From the IMG/VR virus record IMGVR_UViG_3300042934_000980, positions 62,001 through 126,000 of that record: a stretch of 64,000 nucleotides of DNA; one strand, 5' to 3'. Both the position numbers and the translations under genes were made by a program. Of this stretch, positions 28,725 through 37,300 are shown one piece after another. A model generated the notes under the pieces. The model did no database searches. It saw nothing but the letters and a program-made list of their open reading frames with translations, and was not told where the DNA came from. Position 1 is the stretch's first letter. Every line of letters starts with the position of its first letter.

Positions 28725-29702
28725 TTAGCCGAAGTCGATACCGTTGGCATCGGCGTTGTTGCTGCCCAGGTCTTTCTGCTTGACGTAGGTCACGGCCTGG
28801 TTGCTCTTGTGGTCTTCCAGGCTTTGGATCTGCGCTTGCAACTTCTCGATCGCTTCACCGTGGTCCAGAACCATGTGCAACTGGGTCATGCCCTTTGGCT
28901 TTGTGATGTCAGGCTGGAACACACCCGTGGTGCGGTAGGTGGTACCTTGGAACATCGGGATCACCGAGTCGCTGTCTTCGAACAGCGACGCCACCGCCAC
29001 CGGAGTCTTGCCCTGGTAGCGTGCAGCGCTGTCTTGATCGTAGAAGCTGACTTCAGACATCGCAGGCGGTACGTTGGAGACGCGGTTGTAGAAGAAGAAG
29101 TTCTTCACGTCAGCGTAGTCCATTTCGCCATTGGCGCCGGTGAAGAACAGGCTGGCCAGGTCCAGACGTTCTACCACTTTGGCGTTGACTTCGCCGCGGT
29201 TGCTGTTGGCGTCGTTGACGTTGTCCAGGAACGCGATTGGCGCGTCGAGCAGTTCTTTCTTGACCTGGTTGGAGATGTTGCGCAGCGTGCCGACGGCGTT
29301 ACCGAACTCGATAGTGGAGGTGTGGTCGCTGATCGCGCAGAACAGGGTTGGGATGCCTTGAGCAATCAGGTGACGGATCACCAGCAGCGAGAACATCGAA
29401 CCCGAACCGCCCGCGGTGTTAGCCACCACCACAGCGTATTTGCCGGACCGGTACTTGGCCATGACGTTCTTGACAAACGGCTGGGCCGCTTCGTAGTTTT
29501 CAGCCTGACGCTTGCCCGAACCTTCGGTGCCTGGCATGCGTTCAACTGGGAACTTCTCGTCGGAGCTGTTGGCGTCGCTGGTGTCCAGACCCACGAGGGT
29601 GGCGTTCTGGTTTTGGGAAGTGCGCGAATTGGCCTTCAGGGCCAGACCGATGTTGATGCCGGTGCCACCGCAGAGGAAGTACGTGATATCGCTTTTTACC
29701 AT
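28725..29702 (-). CDS. phuZ: Phage tubulin PhuZ
   Basis: CGGTGINIG, LDTS, tubulin signature AGGSGS, EMDYAD T7 loop, C-terminal knuckle ADANGIDFG. Confidence 0.95.
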   Translation of the reverse strand: MVKSDITYFLCGGTGINIGLALKANSRTSQNQNATLVGLDTSDANSSDEKFPVERMPGTEGSGKRQAENYEAAQPFVKNVMAKYRSGKYAVVVANTAGGSGSMFSLLVIRHLIAQGIPTLFCAISDHTSTIEFGNAVGTLRNISNQVKKELLDAPIAFLDNVNDANSNRGEVNAKVVERLDLASLFFTGANGEMDYADVKNFFFYNRVSNVPPAMSEVSFYDQDSAARYQGKTPVAVASLFEDSDSVIPMFQGTTYRTTGVFQPDITKPKGMTQLHMVLDHGEAIEKLQAQIQSLEDHKSNQAVTYVKQKDLGSNNADANGIDFG

Positions 29703-29764
29703 GGTGAAAGGTCTCTTCAGTGTTTACGGGAATTCGTATAAACCCATTGCTGGATTACCCACTA

Positions 29765-29783
29765 GTAATGTAGGCTTAAAATA
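29765..29783 (-). promoter_or_regulatory. Early promoter of phuZ
   Basis: Minus strand TATTTTAAGCCTACATTAC. Confidence 0.72.
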
Positions 29784-29797
29784 TTCTTGGCTAGCGG

Positions 29798-29957
29798 AAT
29801 AAAAAGATCCCCACTGCAGCGTTCAGAGCATAAACCCTGCAGGGGGACATTCTCACACTTGGGGTGGAGAATCAGTATCAAGAGTTACCACAGCCTATGA
29901 ACGTGCCCGAGTCGGTACTAGCCAGACCTCCCGCGCGTGCCCATCAGCAATAACATA
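29798..29957 (-). ncRNA. Candidate small structured RNA A
   Basis: No credible ORF; starts at TATGTTAT, has an internal hairpin and ends in a stem-loop plus U-tract. Confidence 0.4.
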
Positions 29958-29974
29958 ACGCCCCATTAACAAAA

Positions 29975-30194
29975 AAGTAATCAAGCAGACATAACCCCCT
30001 TACCCACCAGGCCTGAGGAGCCGGCAGATAAGGAGGTTATGAATGCAGGTGGGGTTTTGCACACTCGTTCGGGACCGACTATGGGGAACGCCCCGACGAT
30101 TGCGGCAGGGTGTTATCCCCTAACCTTACCGCGAACACACACCACACCAGGGACTTAACAACGCTTCTTCAGAACATCATCGAGTCATAACATA
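29975..30194 (-). ncRNA. Candidate small structured RNA B
   Basis: No credible ORF; starts at TATGTTAT, has several hairpins and ends in a 19-bp G-U-containing stem. Confidence 0.4.
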
Positions 30195-30215
30195 GGGGTG
30201 GGTGGTTCGCGTCCT

Positions 30216-30371
30216 CTAAGGGGCTTTGGTGGGTTCTGCTTGGGTTTGCACTGGCTGCTCGTCGAACAGGCGGTTGCGCACCTCTTCTACTAACTTATCA
30301 GCCGTCACCACCCCAGGCTTTTTCTTGCCCACAGTGACCTTGACCTTCTTACGCCCCAGCTGGCTTAGCAT
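30216..30371 (-). CDS. 51-aa basic peptide (not in the ORF track)
   Basis: MLSQLGRKKVKVTVGKKKPGVVTADKLVEEVRNRLFDEQPVQTQAEPTKAP; SD AGGAGG; overlaps the end of the peptidase gene. Confidence 0.6.
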   Translation of the reverse strand: MLSQLGRKKVKVTVGKKKPGVVTADKLVEEVRNRLFDEQPVQTQAEPTKAP

Positions 30372-31053
30372 CAACTACCTCCTGCTTAATGTCTTCTTGA
30401 GCGCGTACAACATTACTGCCGTTTTCGTCCTCAGGGTCACACTTAGGCACGGCATTAGCCTTCCTGATGGCCGCGTCGACGATCTCTTTAACCTGTTCGG
30501 GGGTAAAGGGGGTGTTTTCCGGCAGCTGGGGTAAAGGCCTTTTGCTAAGCACCTCCGGAACCCCTGGGTGGGTCCAGGTCTGCACTTCCCCGCCGCTGCT
30601 AACGTCCAACCGGATCGCCTGCTCAATGGCCTTCACCGAAGACCCTGTCACGCTCATCACCGCATGGGCAATGATCTGCCCACTACCCGCTGAACACGGC
30701 CCGGCATTGGGAGACAACACGTTCATGTCCACCGGCCGCCTGTGGTTACGGTCCACGCCCCAATACCAGCAAATCCCCTGCTCACTGACCGCCATGATCA
30801 GAAAGTCCAAGTACTCAGGCCCCACAATCCGAGTACGGTGGGTAACCCCTTTTTGCAGTTCTTCAAAGATGTAAGGCAACGCTTCAGGATTACCGCACAA
30901 AGCGATTGCCAAAATACGCTGGCCCTGAATTTCCCAGTACTGCTCGTCAGTGGGGGTAAAGATCTTCTTGTGGTCATAGAGCATGACCATTTCGTGTTGG
31001 GTGGCCTGTGAATCTGTGGCAAGGACTTTACCGTTCCAAGCAAGCGTTGTCAT
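30349..31053 (-). CDS. HslV/proteasome-type Ntn-hydrolase peptidase
   Basis: N-terminal MTTLAW...ATDSQAT, KKIF, AGSG, LDVSSGG. Confidence 0.8.
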   Translation of the reverse strand: MTTLAWNGKVLATDSQATQHEMVMLYDHKKIFTPTDEQYWEIQGQRILAIALCGNPEALPYIFEELQKGVTHRTRIVGPEYLDFLIMAVSEQGICWYWGVDRNHRRPVDMNVLSPNAGPCSAGSGQIIAHAVMSVTGSSVKAIEQAIRLDVSSGGEVQTWTHPGVPEVLSKRPLPQLPENTPFTPEQVKEIVDAAIRKANAVPKCDPEDENGSNVVRAQEDIKQEVVDAKPAGA

Positions 31054-31131
31054 GTTTACTCCTTTCCATACACAAGTGTTATTTACATGAATTTTTAGAC
31101 AGTATTATTAATGATTCAGTTATCTAAAGGA

Positions 31132-31150
31132 GTAATATAGACCTGTCTTT
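31132..31150 (-). promoter_or_regulatory. Early promoter (variant upstream half)
   Basis: Minus strand AAAGACAGGTCTATATTAC. Confidence 0.6.
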
Positions 31151-31235
31151 TTCCATTGAGGAGTGCGCTGCTACCCGCAGGGGGTAATCACGTTTCTTTG
31201 CGTCGTCCCTGCTCCTTGCAGTCGCATAAGGAAGC

Positions 31236-31253
31236 GCATAGCTTAAGCTATGC
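31236..31253. repeat. Perfect 18-bp palindrome at the apex of a larger imperfect inverted repeat
   Basis: GCATAGCTTAAGCTATGC. Confidence 0.8.
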
Positions 31254-31408
31254 TTAAAGAGCAGATCAAGAGCACAAGCAAAAAGGAAGCCACACTCTCT
31301 CCCCCTGCTTTCGCAAGAAGATCACACTGACGGTATACAATAGTTCTTCATTAGAAAAACATTCAAATGCTATAGACCCCTTTATACCCGTCCCCTAGGA
31401 GACAACAT

Positions 31409-32254
31409 ATGAACCCGGTAGACTACGCCATCAACAGGGTGATGGGAGCAGACTTGGATGAATACATCCTCAAGCTTGCTTTTGAAAACCCCAACACCAA
31501 CTACATGGGCAACTGGTACAACGTAGCCAGCCCCACCTCTATCCAACAAGGCATTCGTGAACAGGTGATCTTTCGCACTGTTCTACCCATGTGCAACGTC
31601 AACGGTGGTAAGACCGAATTCATTGACCTCTCTGGCAGCCAGATGATGGACAAGGGTAACGGTTGCGTTGAAGTTAACGTGCCTGATGTCTGGACTGGGG
31701 GACGCAAGATCATTTCGGTCAGCGAAGTCTACCTAGGCTCTATGACCTCAGCCACCGGCATGCTGGGCATGAGCATCAACGATGGCGGTAACTGTGGGCA
31801 GGGTTCGATCTCGGACATGATGCAGGGGATGATCGACGGACTCTCCCCATCGCGTTCAATGCCAATCACGTACACCAACATCCAGATGACGGGCAACAAC
31901 TGCTTTGTGATCTTTGGGTTGAACTCCGGTACGTTCTCTATGACTGCCAAGTGCATCCTAGAGTATGACGAAGGGATGTCCAGCATCCACCCGCGTCACT
32001 ACGACTACTTTGCTGAGTTGGTCGAGCTGGCGGTGAAGGCTTACATCTACCGCAAGTGCCGGCGTCCAACCCAGGAAGCGGTGATCCGTTCGGGTGTGGC
32101 GATTGAAGCCATTAAAGACGACATCGAAGAGATGCGCGACTCCTGGACTCAGTACAAGGAATACTTTGACACTGTATGGAAACGCTGCATGGCGTACAGT
32201 GATACCCAACTTAAAGTCGAGGCTGTACGCATGAGTGTGCCGCGTCGCATGTAA
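31409..32254 (+). CDS. Conserved virion-associated protein (phiKZ gp42-like)
   Basis: MNPVDYAINRV N-terminus, ELAVKAYIY motif, SD AGGAG. Confidence 0.6.
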   Translation: MNPVDYAINRVMGADLDEYILKLAFENPNTNYMGNWYNVASPTSIQQGIREQVIFRTVLPMCNVNGGKTEFIDLSGSQMMDKGNGCVEVNVPDVWTGGRKIISVSEVYLGSMTSATGMLGMSINDGGNCGQGSISDMMQGMIDGLSPSRSMPITYTNIQMTGNNCFVIFGLNSGTFSMTAKCILEYDEGMSSIHPRHYDYFAELVELAVKAYIYRKCRRPTQEAVIRSGVAIEAIKDDIEEMRDSWTQYKEYFDTVWKRCMAYSDTQLKVEAVRMSVPRRM

Positions 32255-32265
32255 GGAACTCCTTC

Positions 32266-33699
32266 ATGTTAAAAGATCAATACGACCCGTCTGACCTAAG
32301 CCATGAACCGGTCACGGACTGGACAGGGATTGAAGCGAGCGTTTCCAGTTTGTTTGAAGGGGCGGAAGAACATTCCTACCTCGCCCGCCAAGGCCTGTAC
32401 GCGTACCCGCTGTTCGCCGATGAAGTTCAACAGGTGCACGGCAACGAAGCTTTGCTGACCGGGGTAAACTTTGAGTCAGACAAAGCCATCCTGAACGTGT
32501 GTGAGAACTTTGGCGCCGAGCTTCAGATTACCCCTAAGTGGGCAAGCTTGGTACGCAAGTACGTCTACAACTTCATCACCCGCAAGGTGGGGTTGGTGGA
32601 CTACATGGAGTTCTTTGGCAGCCCTTACCTGGGTTTGCAGAAGATCACCTTTACCACCGGCGACCGTAACCAGTGGTTCACCGAGATCTTTGACGTGGAC
32701 GAGGAGGAACTCAAAGAGAACCTCCACGCCTGCAAAGCGGTCAATGCGGAATGGTCGGTGGTGGGGGATACCTTCAACCTGACCATTCCGTACCTGCTGT
32801 ACCGGATCTACCACAGCAAGCTGGACAAAGACACCAAGCACCAAGCGATGGTCGATGTCTTGTGCATGTACCACTACAAGTGCCTGACCTCCATCATCCA
32901 CAACGACTACCCGTTTACCGCGCGGCGTGAAGTGGTGCTGGAAACCTACAACCGCTTGAGTCTCAAATACGACATCAAGCGTTACGGGTCGTGGCGAGCA
33001 CTGATTGAGGCACGGGCGGAGTTTATCCTAAACCCCAGAACAGGCATTCACTTTGAAGCCTTCACCGCCATGACCGATGACAAGAAGATTGTCTACATGG
33101 TGGGGGATATCCAGAACCGGTTGCGTCGGGCGATTAACGACATCAACAAGGTGTTTCACGAAGTCAAGACCCGCACCAACATTGTGAAGGTGGACAACTC
33201 CAAGGTGAACTTGGGTGATGAGCTGACCATTAAGTCAGTGACCAAGGAAGTCACCCAGCATGCGATGTACATCGATCGCATCTTGGCGGAGGAAACCTCG
33301 TTCTTCAAAGAGGAGCTTGTGACTTATGCTGCCAGTGTCTTGGATAACGTACCCAGAGATAAACTCGCTTTTGTACTCCAGCAATTTCCGGCCGTCTACA
33401 AGAATCCGCGAAAGCCGCAGTACAAAGATTTTGTTGATGCTGTTACGATCCATCTCTTTGAGTACCTGCACACCAACAGCATCAAAAAGACCAAGGTCTA
33501 CGACGTGCTCACCAAAATGCGGGGCGCGTACGGGGCCCCGCGTAGCAAGAACGACACGGTCAAAATTATTCGAACGCTGGGCGACGGGATCGTCATGGAA
33601 CAGACGGGTGTTAAAACCCCTCAGACGATCACGGTGCTACGAACGGCGCTGAGTCTTTACTTTGTCCTGCGCATTTTGTCCAAGGACTATTACGAGTAA
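32266..33699 (+). CDS. Conserved virion/head protein (phiKZ gp32-like)
   Basis: FFGSPYLG, KYDIKRYGSW, RTALSLYFVLR; acidic N-terminal propeptide-like region. Confidence 0.65.
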   Translation: MLKDQYDPSDLSHEPVTDWTGIEASVSSLFEGAEEHSYLARQGLYAYPLFADEVQQVHGNEALLTGVNFESDKAILNVCENFGAELQITPKWASLVRKYVYNFITRKVGLVDYMEFFGSPYLGLQKITFTTGDRNQWFTEIFDVDEEELKENLHACKAVNAEWSVVGDTFNLTIPYLLYRIYHSKLDKDTKHQAMVDVLCMYHYKCLTSIIHNDYPFTARREVVLETYNRLSLKYDIKRYGSWRALIEARAEFILNPRTGIHFEAFTAMTDDKKIVYMVGDIQNRLRRAINDINKVFHEVKTRTNIVKVDNSKVNLGDELTIKSVTKEVTQHAMYIDRILAEETSFFKEELVTYAASVLDNVPRDKLAFVLQQFPAVYKNPRKPQYKDFVDAVTIHLFEYLHTNSIKKTKVYDVLTKMRGAYGAPRSKNDTVKIIRTLGDGIVMEQTGVKTPQTITVLRTALSLYFVLRILSKDYYE

Positions 33700-33711
33700 A
33701 AGGAACGCGGT

Positions 33712-34272
33712 ATGCATTACTTCCTGGTCAACGGTACCAACTTCACAGTCACCGAAGCTGTGTGTGACAAAATCTCCGAGGTGCTGTCAGTTCAGTACAA
33801 GGCGAAGGTTGAAACCATCACCGACCCGTGGCTCGATTCTCAGAACTCGGACTCGGAGGCTAAAGAGCTGCGGGTAAAACTGACCCACATGGACGTCAAG
33901 CCCCAGGAAAAGCTTAGCCTGATCTTGGACTGGCGCGAGCGGCTCATGAAAGAGGTGGTGGTGCCTGCCATGGGTGAAGGCAACATTGTGCTGTACCACG
34001 GCGGCTTCTTGCAGGATGACCTGTTTATTGACAAAACCCAGATCCCGTTTGATTTGGTGTTGCGCGAGAACCTGGAAATGCTGCAAAGCATCGGTGGGAT
34101 TGCCTACCCTGCAGGGTCGGTGGTGGTGCAGTCCACGCTTAACAAGCTGGAAGAGATCACCCTGTTTGAAGAAAAGGCGCGTAAGCTTGGGGAAAGCATG
34201 TCCCGGTTTAAACGCTTGCGTCACACCGTCAGAACGTCCAACGAAGACCTTCAAATGCTACTCAATGCGTAA
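33712..34272 (+). CDS. Thymidylate kinase-like protein lacking the catalytic motifs
   Basis: Colinear by-eye similarity to the Tmk at 49300-49971, but no P-loop GK and no DR motif. Confidence 0.6.
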   Translation: MHYFLVNGTNFTVTEAVCDKISEVLSVQYKAKVETITDPWLDSQNSDSEAKELRVKLTHMDVKPQEKLSLILDWRERLMKEVVVPAMGEGNIVLYHGGFLQDDLFIDKTQIPFDLVLRENLEMLQSIGGIAYPAGSVVVQSTLNKLEEITLFEEKARKLGESMSRFKRLRHTVRTSNEDLQMLLNA

Positions 34273-34281
34273 AGCAAACAT

Positions 34282-34317
34282 ACCCCCTACCCCAGCCTTG
34301 CGGTCGGGGTAGGGGGT
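34282..34317. terminator. Bidirectional terminator between convergent genes
   Basis: ACCCCCTACCCC...GGGGTAGGGGGT 12-bp stem. Confidence 0.7.
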
Positions 34318-34320
34318 TAT

Positions 34321-37300
34321 TCACGCTGCTAGTGCGTTGTTGCGGGCAATCAACATCCGTTTGTTGCGTTCGATTTTCGCCTCCTCCAGCAAGACGTCGA
34401 TGGTCATGAACCGTGCAGCCTCTGGTGGCAACACACGTGTCAGTTTCCTGATCTCAGCTTCAAGCCTGACGGCCAGCAGGTTGTCGTTGGTCTGTAGAAG
34501 CTCCTCGGTCAACTGCTGAGCACGGGCCTTGACTTTGTTCAGGAACTGGGCAACGTGGGGCTCCAGCTCTGCTTGCTGACGACCGTTAGCCTGGTTCATG
34601 ATGTTCTTGGTATCGGTTAAGGCAATGCCTGCCGAAATCCCATACAACGACTTGTTCATCCCAAGCTTGATAAACCAATAGGTCAACAGCCAGCTGATCA
34701 CCAAGTCATCGTGCATCTTCGTATCGTGGTCAATCCGCCCGCCTTTGGTGCGCAGGTTGATCAACTCATCGGCCAGCTTGTCGTAGTTAATCCCGTAACC
34801 GGTGTTAGCCACCGCTTCTTGGATCAGCCCGTACAGTGTTTCACGTGACCGACTGGTGGTGTTAAAGCCAAAGTACTGCTTAAACTTCAGGTAGAAGTTC
34901 TTCTGGCGATACGCAAACTTGGTGTTTTGAACCTCCTTGAACTCCTTCTCATGGCTGACCGTGTCTTGGTAGATCTGGTTATAGATCCGGGTGAACGGGT
35001 CCATGCCCTTTGCCGGCAACATGATCAACAGGTTATCGATCATGTGGTGGGCGTAGTTGCGTTCAATCACCAGCAGGCTGTTGTTCAACACCCCCAACAG
35101 GTCCACAATGATGGAAGTCACATCGTCCAAGAAGGCCAACGGGTAACGCCCCACCCCAACCACCTTGCCCGTCTTCATGCTGCGAATGATGATGGTGCAG
35201 GCGTCCTTGTTGATAGCAGAGGAGGTGTCCACCCCGATCAGGAAGTAATCGTTGTAGTCTTTACGCCCCATTTCAATCAACTGCTGCTGCGTGACGAAGA
35301 AGTCCATGAACAGGCCGCTGGAAACGTACTCCTTGCTCCAGACCACCTGGTTTTTGCAGTTGTTGATGGCCTCACGCGTCACGTCATCAAACAGGCGGTT
35401 CTCCCCGTCTTCCACCCACATCAACAGCAAGTCGATCTTAGCCTTGCTAAGGCTTAGGTTCAGGCTGTCGATCGTTTCCTTTACCCAATCTTTATCCTTA
35501 CCCAACTGCATGTAGTTGTACACCATGGCCACTGAAGGCGCGGTGGTTTCCTTAGGCGAGGCACGCAATAGCCGTTCTTTCAAATGGCTTTCGCTAAACG
35601 AGTCAAAGAACTTCTCCCGCCATTCGGTTGAGTTCATCAACTTCTCAAACATGAACTTCCCGCTTGGGTGCAGGGTGGTGTTTGGGGTGGTGATGAAACT
35701 GATCCCGTACGGCTTGCCTTGGATGCGGGCGTTGGCCATGGCGGTCAGAGCCGACGGCGCACAGCCGTTGATGATCTCCTCGATAAAGCTGATGTACGCA
35801 GGCTCGTCATAAGTCGTGGTTTCAACCGTCAAACCCCGCCCCAAGTCCCCCGCCGCATCACGCCCCATTTGCGGTACGTTGATGTTCAAGCTGTTGGTGT
35901 ATTCCTCACCAAAGGCCTTGTAGGTCAGGTAGTTACCGCTGTCCTTGTCCCGCCACGTGGGGTTAACCAAGTAGCTGGGCATACAGGTACGGATCTTCTT
36001 GACCGCGTCAATGAACTGCGCCCGGTTATCGTTTTTCAGGGTGATCAGGTGACTCTTGTAACCCCGCCCGTTGATGTAGGTCAGCCAGAAGTTAATCACC
36101 TGCACCGACACCGTGTTGTGGGTCACGATAAAGTCGTCGGTGATGTACAGGTGATCTTGGCTGTCCACCTCAATGCAGGTGGCCTCATCGTCACCGCTAA
36201 AGGCGATGCTTTCCAACCACAACCGATTGTCCACCTCAGGCTGCTTGTCCTTACGGAAGCGGAAATACGCCAGCTCCTTAGGCAAGGTGACTGTCAAGGT
36301 ATCCCGGATAGGCCGTGCCGTTCCGCCAAGTCCTCGAATCACATACGCCAGCTGATTGGCTATAAGCTCGTTAGGCGCCTTTAAGGTCAAAGTCTTACCG
36401 ATCTTCAGCCCTTCATCGAAAAACGCCTGTACAAGCTTCAGGCGGTCTTCTAGCGCACCTTCGAGGTAGTGCTGGGGCAACCCCACGCTTAAATCGAAGT
36501 TGAACGCGTTCCCGTCCCGGCGTTTAACCGTACGCAGCTTCTTGTCCTTGCTGGTCATCAGGGTCTGGGGCAGGACTTCTTCTAAGTACGCGTCTTGCTC
36601 CTTGCTCAGGCTTCGCCCTTGCAGGTTGCCTTCAACCAAGCCTGCATTGACCATCCAGCCAAAGAGGTACGGGTCCAAGGTAAACTTCTGCTCCCGACCC
36701 TTCTCAGCTTTGATCAGCGGCGCTTCATAGGCATGCCCTTGCGCCAGCCCGGTGATCAGATCCGCTGTGGTGTAGTCGTCGGTAATCCCACGGCGTGAAG
36801 AAGTGCCTCGGGAATAGTCCTTCAACGTCCACAGGTGTTCAGCGCCCGCCTCGGTGGTGCGTCCGTCACTGAAGGTCAGAGTGTACATCCGAAGCTTGCC
36901 TTGGGGGTGTACCCCAATCACCGTGCTGGTCTTACCGTTGGGCGCAATCAGCACATCCCCGGTACGCACCTCCCCAATCTTCTTCCACACATCCTTGAAG
37001 ACCAGGTTCCCGCTCTTCTCGCACTTGACCCGAACCAAGCTGCGGTTAGGCTGCATCTTGCCCTGCTGACGGGGCATGATCATGTAGGTGGTGATGTGGT
37101 TTAAGTAGTTCCAGATAAAACTGATGTTGCCCCGATTGGCCATAAAGCTTTGGTCGGGCTTGAGCATGCACACTTCACGCAGGAAGTACCAGAAGTTAGT
37201 CCGGCACTCTTCGGCGATCATGAGCTTTTGCTCGTTGGTCAGATCGTCAGCGTGCGGGTCCACCCCTTGCAGCATGCGGTTATTGAGCTGCAGCAGGAAA

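Noticed and set aside
30029-30123. Plus-strand TAAGGAGGT followed by a 26-codon ORF (possible type I toxin)
   Set aside because: The SD is one arm of the minus-strand terminal stem, the peptide is not hydrophobic, and no plus-strand promoter is evident
29800-31400. tRNA or CRISPR-like array in the long intergenic stretches
   Set aside because: No cloverleaf or T-loop consensus and no regularly spaced direct repeats
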